From IMG/VR virus record IMGVR_UViG_3300045921_000267, positions 5,100-69,099 of that record: a stretch of DNA of 64,000 bases. One strand, written 5' to 3'. The notes below the pieces were generated by a model, which ran no database searches, was not told the DNA's origin, and was given only the letters and a program-made list of their open reading frames with translations. Every line of letters begins with the position of its first letter. The first letter of the stretch is position 1. This document shows, piece by piece, positions 1 through 7,868 of the stretch. The position numbers and the translations under genes were made by a program. This stretch comes from a virus.

Positions 1-193
1 CGGTCACGAAAGCGCGCCCGGTGTTCCGAGTAGCGTCGTGTTTCGTGAGAGCGAGTGAGACCGCGAGACGCGCCTCTTGCGAGAGATCATCGCGATCGTA
101 GCCGGGCACGTAGCCGATGCGACTCACCTCGCGTCGAACGATGTCCTCGAACGACGCGAGACGTGCGCTGGTTGCGGTCAGAGCGAGACGCAT
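1..193 (-). CDS. sigma-70 family RNA polymerase sigma factor, N-terminal part (runs off window edge)
   Basis: Not in ORF track. Manual translation from ATG at 193: MRLALTATSARLASFEDIVRREVSRIGYVPGYDRDDLSQEARLAVSLALTKHDATRNTGRAFVT; DRDDLxQEA..A...HD..R matches sigma region 2; start overlaps the end of the vWA gene. Confidence 0.7.
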   Translation of the reverse strand, partial: MRLALTATSARLASFEDIVRREVSRIGYVPGYDRDDLSQEARLAVSLALTKHDATRNTGRAFVT

Positions 194-2448
194 TCGACTT
201 CCGTCCGTCCTTCCGTGATCACCGACGCGAAGCTCTCGAACGCGACTTCCATCAGATGCTCGACGGAGTTCGCAACCCAAAACCTCGGGTAGAAGTGCTT
301 CACGGCGTCCGTTTCGATACCAATGCCGTAGACCTCGATCCCAGATGCGATCACGCGCTGCACGCACTCGGTCAAGAACTGCATTCCAACGCGGTCGCTA
401 CGCGCACCGACAGGCATGCCGTCGGAGAGCACGAACATCACGCGTCGCTTCTCAGGCCGAAGGGTGAGCCGGCGAGCCTGCCACAACACGGCTTCGCCAT
501 CCAAGTTTTCATGGATGCCGTACGCGTACCGAAGGCCGCGCGCGTCATTCACGCCGTAGGGCTTGAAGATGGCATGCACGGGCACGAGCAGCGGCCACTC
601 ACGCAACGCATCTTCGGTGGTGGACGCGTGCGCACGACGCGCCGAGAAGCCGCGCGGCGCGTGCACTGCACCTTTCTCCCATCGCCACAACTCGCGAGCA
701 AAGAGATCGGGATCACTGCCGTGTGCGTGAGCCTCGCGCAGCGCTTCGCGCATGCGCGCGAAGTGCGCGTCGAGGTTCTTCATGTCGGCCGTCCACGGAT
801 GGAATCTATGATCCGCGCTCGATGCGGTAGTGAAGCCGGTGATCTCATGCTCGATCGAGCACGAAGAGAGCGCGATGTGCAGCGCGTAGGCGACTCGACG
901 CGCGAGGTAGTCGCGCGAGCGCACGCCGCCACGGCGCTCGCTACCCATCGAGCCCGAACAGTCGAGCATGATCGCAACTGTCACGTCGCGATCATCCTCA
1001 GCGATCCACTGACGGAAGATAGTATCGACGGGCGCAGCCCCGACGGAGAACTCGCCAAGCAAGTCGAGATCGACCTCGCCTTCGTCGTTGCCCGAGACGG
1101 GACGGCGCTCGCGGCGCGCCTTCAGCGCGACCTCGAACGCTTGCGTGAGCGCCGAGCTAGCGATGCGAGCATCCCGCTCGATCACTTCAGGCTCGTCATC
1201 GAAGTGTCTGTTCGCTTCGTGTGGCGGCTCATCGTAGAAGTCGCGCACGATGTCAAACTCATGCGAGAAGACACGGTAGACGTCCGAGCCTTCGTAGTGG
1301 CGCTCCATGAGTCGCGAGATCGCCTCTTCGGGGTTCACGACGTCGGAGCCCCTCTTCCATGCATCGAGACGAAGCTCGCGCACGGCGCGATACGGATCAA
1401 CCGTACCACCAGCGGGACCCGTGTCCGCGTCCTCGCCCCTTGCAGACTTGCTGGAGCCCTCGTCGCCCTCGGAGCCGTCCTCGCCCCTTGCAGACTTGCT
1501 GGAGCCCTCGTCGCCCTCGGAGCCGTCCTCGGAGCCGTCCTCGCCCCTTGCAGACTTGCTGGAGCCCTCGTCGCCCTCGGAGCCGTCCTCGCCCCTTGCA
1601 GACTTGCTGGAGCCCTCGTCGCCCTCGGAGCCGTCCTCGCCCCTTGCAGACTTGCTGGAGCCCTCGTCGCCCTCGGAGCCGTCCTCGGAGCCGTCCTCGC
1701 CCCTTGCAGACTTGCTGGAGCCCTCGTCGCCCTCGGAGCCGTCCTCGGAGCCGTCCTCGCCCCTTGCAGACTTGCTGGAGCCCTCGTCGCCCTCGGAGCC
1801 GTCCTCGGGCGGCGGGGGCGGCGGCGGGGGCGGCGGCGGCGGGGGCGGCGGCTCACGGAAGCGCGACCACAAAGCAACCGAGAGCCTGTAGACCGCCTCG
1901 CTAGTCGCAAGCGTGTCGAGCGTGTCGAGCCCGTGATGAATCGCCGCACGCAGAAGGTCAGCGACCTCCGGGCGCACGGCCCCAATTTCGGGCAGCGTCA
2001 CGCTCTTGCGCACGTAGAGCGTCGCCGCGATGCAGAACGCCGACCACACGTCAGCGTGAGCGAAGTTCTGCTGCCACGCCGAATCCTCCCAGAACCATCG
2101 ATTCTTACGGTGCAGATTCTGCCTGCACCCGATGTACTCTTCGCCCAGAAGCCGTTCGACTCGCCCATCTTCGAGAGCGTTGAAGAGCGCGGCGAGCGCC
2201 TCACCGCCCTTCTTCTTCGCGCGCTCCATGATCGAGTGATCGGTGTGGCGCGCATGCCCGCACTCATGATCGAGCAACCCGTGAAGCATCCGCTCCGCGT
2301 TCGGCCCGAGATGCGTGTATGTCTCCGCGTTCGGGATCACGACCCGGCCGGGCACGCTGTACGCGCGCGTACCCCGCACCTCGACCTTCAGATCGCGGTC
2401 GTACGCGAGAATGCGTCCGAGCCGCTCCATCTCATGCTGCAACGTCAT
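178..2448 (-). CDS. CobT-like vWA domain protein with N-terminal HExxH metallopeptidase-like domain and low-complexity linker
   Basis: LDHECGH; FNALEDGRVE; MIDAS MLDCSGSM; NLDGEAVLW; FVLSDGMP; GIEVYGIGI; near a MoxR/CobS AAA+ gene. Confidence 0.85.
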   Translation of the reverse strand: MTLQHEMERLGRILAYDRDLKVEVRGTRAYSVPGRVVIPNAETYTHLGPNAERMLHGLLDHECGHARHTDHSIMERAKKKGGEALAALFNALEDGRVERLLGEEYIGCRQNLHRKNRWFWEDSAWQQNFAHADVWSAFCIAATLYVRKSVTLPEIGAVRPEVADLLRAAIHHGLDTLDTLATSEAVYRLSVALWSRFREPPPPPPPPPPPPPPPEDGSEGDEGSSKSARGEDGSEDGSEGDEGSSKSARGEDGSEDGSEGDEGSSKSARGEDGSEGDEGSSKSARGEDGSEGDEGSSKSARGEDGSEDGSEGDEGSSKSARGEDGSEGDEGSSKSARGEDADTGPAGGTVDPYRAVRELRLDAWKRGSDVVNPEEAISRLMERHYEGSDVYRVFSHEFDIVRDFYDEPPHEANRHFDDEPEVIERDARIASSALTQAFEVALKARRERRPVSGNDEGEVDLDLLGEFSVGAAPVDTIFRQWIAEDDRDVTVAIMLDCSGSMGSERRGGVRSRDYLARRVAYALHIALSSCSIEHEITGFTTASSADHRFHPWTADMKNLDAHFARMREALREAHAHGSDPDLFARELWRWEKGAVHAPRGFSARRAHASTTEDALREWPLLVPVHAIFKPYGVNDARGLRYAYGIHENLDGEAVLWQARRLTLRPEKRRVMFVLSDGMPVGARSDRVGMQFLTECVQRVIASGIEVYGIGIETDAVKHFYPRFWVANSVEHLMEVAFESFASVITEGRTEVECVSL
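1429..1851 (-). repeat. in-frame coding tandem repeat (7 x 48-bp unit, three with an extra 12 bp) plus poly-Pro tract
   Basis: Encodes P15 then (EDGS[EDGS]EGDEGSSKSARG)x7; units identical at DNA level. Confidence 0.95.
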
Positions 2449-3293
2449 GATGCACCTCCTTTCGCGCGCTTGGCGCGCAACTTCGCAGCGAGCGCGTTGT
2501 CGTCGAGCACAGACACATCGCCCGACGCAATTCGTCGGCGCCGCTCTTCTTCTTCGAGCCGTTCGCGCTCGCGCTGCTCTTCGAGCGCGCGAGCCGCCGC
2601 TTCAGCCGCCTTGCGCTCTTCCTCGCGCTTGCGCTCTTCCGCGGCGTGTTTCTCCATCCAGTGCAGCGCGAGACCATGCGCGATGCGCGCGTTCGTCACC
2701 GTGCCGAACGCATCGGCCTGCGCCGTCGGCGGATAGGCGACGAGTCGCTCATCGCCTTGCTCGACCTGCGTGTACCACTGCGTGAACGCTTTGCGCGCCG
2801 CAGACTCGACGGAAAAGACCGACGCCTGCACGCCACCATCGATCAATCCGTCGATCGCGATGCGACCGCGGATCGGTTCGATCGTGCCACGCTCGACGAC
2901 GAACCACGAATGCGAGCCGAGCGTGAAGCGCGTGAGCGTGATGAGGTGCATCGGTTGCTCCGCCACGAGAGGCTCCCACGAACGAGCCTCGCCACGTGCC
3001 CCGACAACCGCATTCGCCATGTCTTTGGCGTAGGTCATGTAGAAGCGCTCGACGCGCGAAACACCAGCATCGAGCTGGCCGAAGCTCTCGACGGGCAGAT
3101 CAACGAAAAGCCCGCGCTGAACCTGGCCCACGAGCGACGCAACCGAAGGCGCACCGTTCTTCGCGAAGTCGCGCCATCGCCCGAACGCGAAGCGCTGCGC
3201 CGGCGCGATCGGCTCCGCCAGCGTATCGAAACGATAGACTTCGATGGGATCGGCATCGGGCTTCGATCTCTTACCGACAATCCTGATCGCCAT
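2445..3293 (-). CDS. hypothetical protein with C-terminal charged coiled coil
   Basis: Start MAIRIVGK after GAGGAG; translationally coupled to both neighbours; EERKREEERK coiled coil. Confidence 0.7.
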   Translation of the reverse strand: MAIRIVGKRSKPDADPIEVYRFDTLAEPIAPAQRFAFGRWRDFAKNGAPSVASLVGQVQRGLFVDLPVESFGQLDAGVSRVERFYMTYAKDMANAVVGARGEARSWEPLVAEQPMHLITLTRFTLGSHSWFVVERGTIEPIRGRIAIDGLIDGGVQASVFSVESAARKAFTQWYTQVEQGDERLVAYPPTAQADAFGTVTNARIAHGLALHWMEKHAAEERKREEERKAAEAAARALEEQRERERLEEEERRRRIASGDVSVLDDNALAAKLRAKRAKGGAS

Positions 3294-3295
3294 CG

Positions 3296-4255
3296 TCACT
3301 TCTCCTCTTCGTAGCCGAAGATGCGACGAATCACGCTCCGCGCGACCGACGCATCCGTCGGCGACTCCAACTTGCGCAGCACCGCGAGATCCGCGGCGCG
3401 CAACACGTCGTTGTCGAGATCGTGAATCAGACGCGCCCACTGCACGCACCGTCGCGTGCTGAAATCGGCTTTGAACTTCTGATCCTTGCGCAACGCATCG
3501 GCGACACGAGCGATGCCCTCAGCGAAGTCGAAGTCGAGTTCGGGCACATTCACACGAATGCGCTCGCGCTCGACATCTTTGCTCGGGTAGTCACACGCGA
3601 TCACGACGCCGAAGCGATCGACGAACGCCGCGTTCATCGGATTCGTACCGGCGTGCCGAGCACGCGCGCTCGCACGAAAGCCGATCGTGTTGCCCGTCGC
3701 GAAGATGCGGAAGTCGGGATGCGCCGTGATCGTCTTCTTCAGTTCGGGAACGTGAAGCTCACGTCGGTCTTCTTCGAAAACGGGCTGAAGAACGAAGAGC
3801 ACACTCGGCAGCGCCGCATCGATCTCGTCCAGCAACACCCACCAGCCCTGCTCCATCGCTACGGCAAGATCACCGGGCGAGAAGATGAGCGAGAGCACCC
3901 CGTCCTGCGACGTCGGCTTCATCATGCCTCGCAAATTCGAAACGCGTGTCTCGCCGTCGCAATTGAACCGCACGAGAGGCATGTTCGTCATCGCCGCGAG
4001 CGCACCGATCACGCTCGTCTTGCCGCACCCCGTCGGACCGGTGAGAAGCACGTTCATGTTGCGTCGCACCGCGATCGCGATCTCCTCGCACTGCGCGGAG
4101 TCGAAGACGTACGGGCGTGGCTTCGGCACACCCGCTTGCTCATGCGCCGTGACACGCGCGCGAAACGTCGCGCCTCCGATGATGCGATCCTCGTAGCTGA
4201 TCGACTGCGCGGCATCTTGTAGACCGCGCGGCTTCCTCTTCATGCTCTTGTCCAT
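3296..4255 (-). CDS. MoxR/CobS/CbbQ-type AAA+ ATPase
   Basis: Walker A GPTGCGKT, Walker B VLLDEID, HPDFRIFATGN, NAAFVDRF, FSTR sensor motif. Confidence 0.92.
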   Translation of the reverse strand: MDKSMKRKPRGLQDAAQSISYEDRIIGGATFRARVTAHEQAGVPKPRPYVFDSAQCEEIAIAVRRNMNVLLTGPTGCGKTSVIGALAAMTNMPLVRFNCDGETRVSNLRGMMKPTSQDGVLSLIFSPGDLAVAMEQGWWVLLDEIDAALPSVLFVLQPVFEEDRRELHVPELKKTITAHPDFRIFATGNTIGFRASARARHAGTNPMNAAFVDRFGVVIACDYPSKDVERERIRVNVPELDFDFAEGIARVADALRKDQKFKADFSTRRCVQWARLIHDLDNDVLRAADLAVLRKLESPTDASVARSVIRRIFGYEEEK

Positions 4256-4291
4256 CGTCTCGTCCTTGAGCTAGGTACTGTTCAGGTTCGT

Positions 4292-5299
4292 TCATGGCAT
4301 CGGGCGCGGCGCGCGCCGCGCCTTCAGCGCAGCCAGCTTCGCTTCACGTGCCGCGCGCGCTTTCGCGAGGAACTCTTCGCGTTCACGCCACGGCAGATCG
4401 ATCGCCGCATCGAGCGTCGAAGTCAGCCACCGGAGCGAAAGAAGCAGCAACTTCGTCTGCCGCCACACCTCGCTCTTCTGCGCAGTGAGATAGTCGGCGC
4501 GACGGTAGAAGCGCAGTGCGTTGCGCATCGGCCTCACGAGCCTCGCGATGCGCGAGTAGACGTCGTGCTGCGTCTGCCCGAGCAGCATGATCTCGTGCTC
4601 GCGCCGACCGTAGCGACCGTAGTAGCGGAACTCATGCGCGAGGCTTTCGAGTCCCGCGTAGTGCTTCTCCATCTCGACGTGATCGGGATGCTCGTTGCGC
4701 CACGCTTCCTTCTTCCACAGAGACATGCACTCGCGCAGGTTGCGTTCGAGGATCGCTCTCGCTTCCTCGCTCGTCTCCGCGCCCCGCACCTTCAGCCCAA
4801 AGTTGATGATGCAGTTGCTGCCGACCCACAAATCACCCCCACCAGCGATGTTCTGAAGTCGGAAGTCATACTGCAACTTGTCGCGGTTCGATCCGTCGTC
4901 TTTCGAATCGCCTTTGCCGCAGAGGGCACACGACGCGATGCACGCGCCGTGGTTTCGAATGCTCGTGAGCGTCGGCACGAACTCGAATTCGCGCCGCACA
5001 CGTGCCATAACCTCATCGTCGAGTTTCGCGAAGACGTGTTCGAGATCGCTATCGTTCGCAGCAGAGAGATCGAAGTTGCACTTCTCGATCTCACGAAACG
5101 CTCGCTGCTCAGCCAGCGAGAACTCGCGGAAGACCGTCGAGTGCATCAGCAGCACGACAGTCGTGCGGACGTGCTTGTAGTGCAAGCCCGGCCCCTCATG
5201 GCCGAACATGCGTGTCTTCGTCGCGCTGCGCGTCTTGCGCTTCGCGATCTCGGGGTTCGCAATCGGCTCGCTCGTCTCGGTCACACTGTTCTTGTCCAT
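4292..5299 (-). CDS. hypothetical phage protein with Cys cluster (probable Zn-binding)
   Basis: Start MDKNSV after AAGGA; CALCGK...LWVGSNCI motif. Confidence 0.7.
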   Translation of the reverse strand: MDKNSVTETSEPIANPEIAKRKTRSATKTRMFGHEGPGLHYKHVRTTVVLLMHSTVFREFSLAEQRAFREIEKCNFDLSAANDSDLEHVFAKLDDEVMARVRREFEFVPTLTSIRNHGACIASCALCGKGDSKDDGSNRDKLQYDFRLQNIAGGGDLWVGSNCIINFGLKVRGAETSEEARAILERNLRECMSLWKKEAWRNEHPDHVEMEKHYAGLESLAHEFRYYGRYGRREHEIMLLGQTQHDVYSRIARLVRPMRNALRFYRRADYLTAQKSEVWRQTKLLLLSLRWLTSTLDAAIDLPWREREEFLAKARAAREAKLAALKARRAPRPMP

Positions 5300-5325
5300 C
5301 GTCTCATCCTTTCGAGCTACTGTTG

Positions 5326-5574
5326 TCAGTCGAGAATGAAGACCTCGGCGCTCGCGGCGTGCCCCCACGTCGCACGCTCGTTGCGCGCAACGTCGAACGC
5401 GACCGCATGAATCGCTTCCGCCAACGGAAGCTCGACGATGAACGTGCCTCGCTGATCGAAAAGCGCCACCATCACGCTCTTCAGCGGCGCGTTCGGGCGA
5501 CTCACGTGCAGCGCGAGAAGCCCTTTCGCGATCGACTCAGTGAGCAGCCCACGATGCCGAAGCTTCGTGCTCAT
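5326..5574 (-). CDS. hypothetical protein
   Basis: Start MSTKLRHRG after GGAGG; ORF-track start at 5667 lies inside an RNA hairpin. Confidence 0.6.
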   Translation of the reverse strand: MSTKLRHRGLLTESIAKGLLALHVSRPNAPLKSVMVALFDQRGTFIVELPLAEAIHAVAFDVARNERATWGHAASAEVFILD

Positions 5575-5616
5575 CACTCGTCCTCCATCTGCATCTCGAT
5601 CATGTTCAGCCTCCGA

Positions 5617-5708
5617 TGACGCACGGCCCCATGCCGCACTGACAGTGCTCGATGCGAGATCGATCACTGTCAGTGCGGCGCGAGCCGAAGCTCACGCCGC
5701 GCGCGTCA
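5617..5708 (-). ncRNA. candidate structured intergenic RNA element
   Basis: 15-bp perfect inverted repeat (5633-5647/5665-5679) with inner stem, adjacent C(UUCG)G hairpin, outer UGACGCGCG/CGUGCGUCA stem. Confidence 0.5.
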
Positions 5709-6365
5709 AAGCACTCCGGGAATGGAGAACTTCACGCGTCCTGCCCTCGTCAAGACGAACACGCCGCGGTTCCGCAAGGACTGCCACACGGCATCGGCAT
5801 CGCCATTCATATGCGACGTGCTCATGCACGCCCGCACGATGCGGTCTGCTTCATTCGCAGTCTCGTGTTCGCCATCTTGCAGATCGGTGAAACTGCGCGC
5901 GAGCATCGCCTCGATCTGCTTCTTGGAGCGCTTCGTCTCGATGCGAACGAAGCCGCGAGCTTGCAACGAGCGAATGAGCATGAAGTGCTCGTCGTCGCCC
6001 ATGTCGACGAGCGAGAGCTTCACGCGGTACTCGACGGGCGCCGAGAACGTGCCGCAGATGTACTCGCTCGGATTGTACAGACGGTTACCGATCTCGAAAG
6101 TCGTCTTCTCATACGGCACGCGCGGGTCGCGCACGCGCACGTCGAGACCGATCACACGCTCGAACGCGCGCTCGCTCAGCACGATCGGTTCGCGCGTGTG
6201 AGTGTCCGCCGCGAAGCGGACGATGTAACTACGCTCCAACGTTTCAGCGTCAAAACGCTCGGGGTAGCGATCAACGATCGCGAGCTTGTTGTCCCACGCG
6301 CCCCAACGCAGCCCGCCGCGCGCACTCGTGTGCGGCGGGAGTTCAGCGAGCCGTACCGTCTGCAT
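5706..6365 (-). CDS. hypothetical protein
   Basis: Protein-like composition from MQTVRL; co-oriented with neighbours. Confidence 0.65.
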   Translation of the reverse strand: MQTVRLAELPPHTSARGGLRWGAWDNKLAIVDRYPERFDAETLERSYIVRFAADTHTREPIVLSERAFERVIGLDVRVRDPRVPYEKTTFEIGNRLYNPSEYICGTFSAPVEYRVKLSLVDMGDDEHFMLIRSLQARGFVRIETKRSKKQIEAMLARSFTDLQDGEHETANEADRIVRACMSTSHMNGDADAVWQSLRNRGVFVLTRAGRVKFSIPGVL

Positions 6366-6402
6366 CACTGCCGCCCACTGAACGTTTCGGGCTCGGGTCA
6401 GC
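6366..6402 (-). repeat. degenerate (collapsed) third copy of the hammerhead repeat
   Basis: CTGACCCGAGCCCGAAACG identical to the 5' part of the full copies, followed directly by TTCAG-TGGGCGGCAGT; stems I/III and CUGACGA missing. Confidence 0.75.
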
Positions 6403-6916
6403 TCGCATGATTGACGATCAGACTCAGCGTCGCAGTCGCGACCGCGACCCACAACGTGAGGCTCTCGGGAGCATCGGCCGCTTCCGCGGCCATGATCTCC
6501 CGCGCCACGGCGGCAGCATCAAGGTGCGACGCTCCGCCGCCCACGGCGGCAAGCACCGCATCAACAAGACGCCAGGCGCAACCGACCCCGCACTCATCGA
6601 AGAGTTCGACGAGCACGTCCCGGACTTCACCACGCTCCAAAGATGCAGCAACCAATCGGTCCACCCACTGCTGAGGCCAACGTGGGTGGCAGGCGTCTCT
6701 GCCGGGTCCCGCGCACACCGGGGGCGGCGAGAGCGGGATGTCAAGCGTGTAGCCACGCTTGACGAGCGAGGCCGCGACGTCTGACGCCACGTGGTGCGCA
6801 AGCCACGCGTCTCGCGTACGCGAGAACTCCGCGCGGAGCTGTGCGCGGAGATCGGCGCGGTGGTCGCGACCATCTTCGGGGGCCTGCGGCAAAGTGAGAA
6901 CTTGTCCTCGCTTCAT
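6398..6916 (-). CDS. hypothetical early-type protein
   Basis: Strong AAGGAG RBS; bounded by repeat copies. Confidence 0.65.
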   Translation of the reverse strand: MKRGQVLTLPQAPEDGRDHRADLRAQLRAEFSRTRDAWLAHHVASDVAASLVKRGYTLDIPLSPPPVCAGPGRDACHPRWPQQWVDRLVAASLERGEVRDVLVELFDECGVGCAWRLVDAVLAAVGGGASHLDAAAVAREIMAAEAADAPESLTLWVAVATATLSLIVNHAS

Positions 6917-6941
6917 TTTCTTCTCCTTTCATCCAAAAGTC

Positions 6942-7020
6942 ACTGACACCCATCGTCAGGTCGCGCCTCACGCGACGACGGGCACCGCTCACGCGGTGCC
7001 CGTTTCGGGCTCGGGTCAGT
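6942..7020 (-). ncRNA. type II hammerhead ribozyme (copy B)
   Basis: Minus strand: ACUGAC-CCGA-GCCC GAAA C GGGCACCGC(GUGA)GCGGUGCCC GUC| GUCGCG(UGAGG)CGCGAC CUGACGA U GGGU-GUCAGU; full core, three stems, GUC triplet, predicted cut between 6977 and 6976. Confidence 0.85.
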
Positions 7021-7037
7021 TCCGGGTGCGGCGCATC

Positions 7038-7301
7038 TCAGGCTCTCTGCGCGCCTGCATTCAGTTCGGCGGCCAGAGCCTTGGCCTCCGCCGTCGCGCG
7101 CGCGAAAGCGCACCGATCCGTGAGCCCATCGAAGCACCGCTCCCACGTGCGGATGATCTTCACGACCCCGCGGGCACGCTGTGAGATCATCGCTGGCCGT
7201 GCACCACGCTCGACTTCGATCACTGCTACACGACCATAACGGCCCCAGCAGTTCGATGGCATCTTCGCACAAGCCGTCATGACGATGTACTCCGTTTCCA
7301 T
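7038..7301 (-). CDS. small hypothetical early-type protein between two hammerheads
   Basis: AAGGAGG RBS before METEYIV; 87 aa. Confidence 0.7.
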   Translation of the reverse strand: METEYIVMTACAKMPSNCWGRYGRVAVIEVERGARPAMISQRARGVVKIIRTWERCFDGLTDRCAFARATAEAKALAAELNAGAQRA

Positions 7302-7320
7302 CTTCGCCTCCTTCAATACT

Positions 7321-7399
7321 ACTGACGCCCATCGTCAGGTCGCGCCTCACGCGACGACGGGCACCGCTCACGCGGTGCCCGTTTCGGGCTCGGGTCAGT
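7321..7399 (-). ncRNA. type II hammerhead ribozyme (copy A)
   Basis: 78/79 nt identical to copy B; the single difference is a G-C versus G-U pair in stem II; predicted cut between 7356 and 7355. Confidence 0.85.
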
Positions 7400-7658
7400 A
7401 ACGACCGCCCACGTCGCAGCATCCGCAGCACGGCGCATCTTCGCAGATGCCGCGCGGCACGCTCATGTAGCGGTAGCTGCGGCGGTTGTACTGCAACGAG
7501 ACGATCGAGATGCCGTTACCACGGAAGAGGACTTTCGAAACAACCTCTTCCTTCGTCTCGCCGCTCCGCTTCAGCACGATGATCTTGTCACCAGGATTCA
7601 CATCTTGCGTGACCTTCGCCCCCCAAGTGTTGTTGCGAAGCTTGATGTAGGTCGCCAT
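7395..7658 (-). CDS. small hypothetical protein with C-terminal CEDAPCCGCC Cys cluster
   Basis: GGAGG RBS; first gene after the non-coding control region; its TGA stop lies in the hammerhead 5' arm. Confidence 0.75.
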   Translation of the reverse strand: MATYIKLRNNTWGAKVTQDVNPGDKIIVLKRSGETKEEVVSKVLFRGNGISIVSLQYNRRSYRYMSVPRGICEDAPCCGCCDVGGRY

Positions 7659-7659
7659 G

Positions 7660-7868
7660 GGTCCTCCGTCGTCCGGCCGAGCCGGCTAGGTAGGAGCGGC
7701 ACCGCGCCGCTCATGACCATCTAGTAGGTCCGGTCAGGGGGTCGGTTCGCAGGATTCGAGAAAAAAAGATGCGAACCCCAGTTTTCGTGGGGTTTTGCCA
7801 TCTCTTTTCTTCTCCCCCACCCCATCCCCACCCTGTGGATAACCACCTGCACCTACATGTAGTACATG
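7660..7868 (-). promoter_or_regulatory. intergenic control region, probable early promoter, with DnaA box and NrdR-box-like palindrome
   Basis: Longest and relatively AT-rich gap (A/T tracts); TTATCCACA on minus strand at 7834-7842; CTACATGTAG palindrome 7853-7862; leader hairpin GAGCGGC-GCGGT-GCCGCTC. Confidence 0.55.

Noticed and set aside
1429-1806. Repeat array as a possible CRISPR
   Set aside because: Units are contiguous with no unique spacers, are multiples of 3 and are in frame within a protein; no cas genes seen.
4268-4290. CTAGGTACTGTTCAGG resembling a myxobacterial LexA box
   Set aside because: Spacing between CTR and GTTCAG is one base short of the consensus as I recall it; single occurrence.
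6942-7399. 79-bp repeats as attC sites, terminators or IS ends
   Set aside because: No integron integrase or transposase in the window and no U-tract; the complete hammerhead core explains the sequence better.
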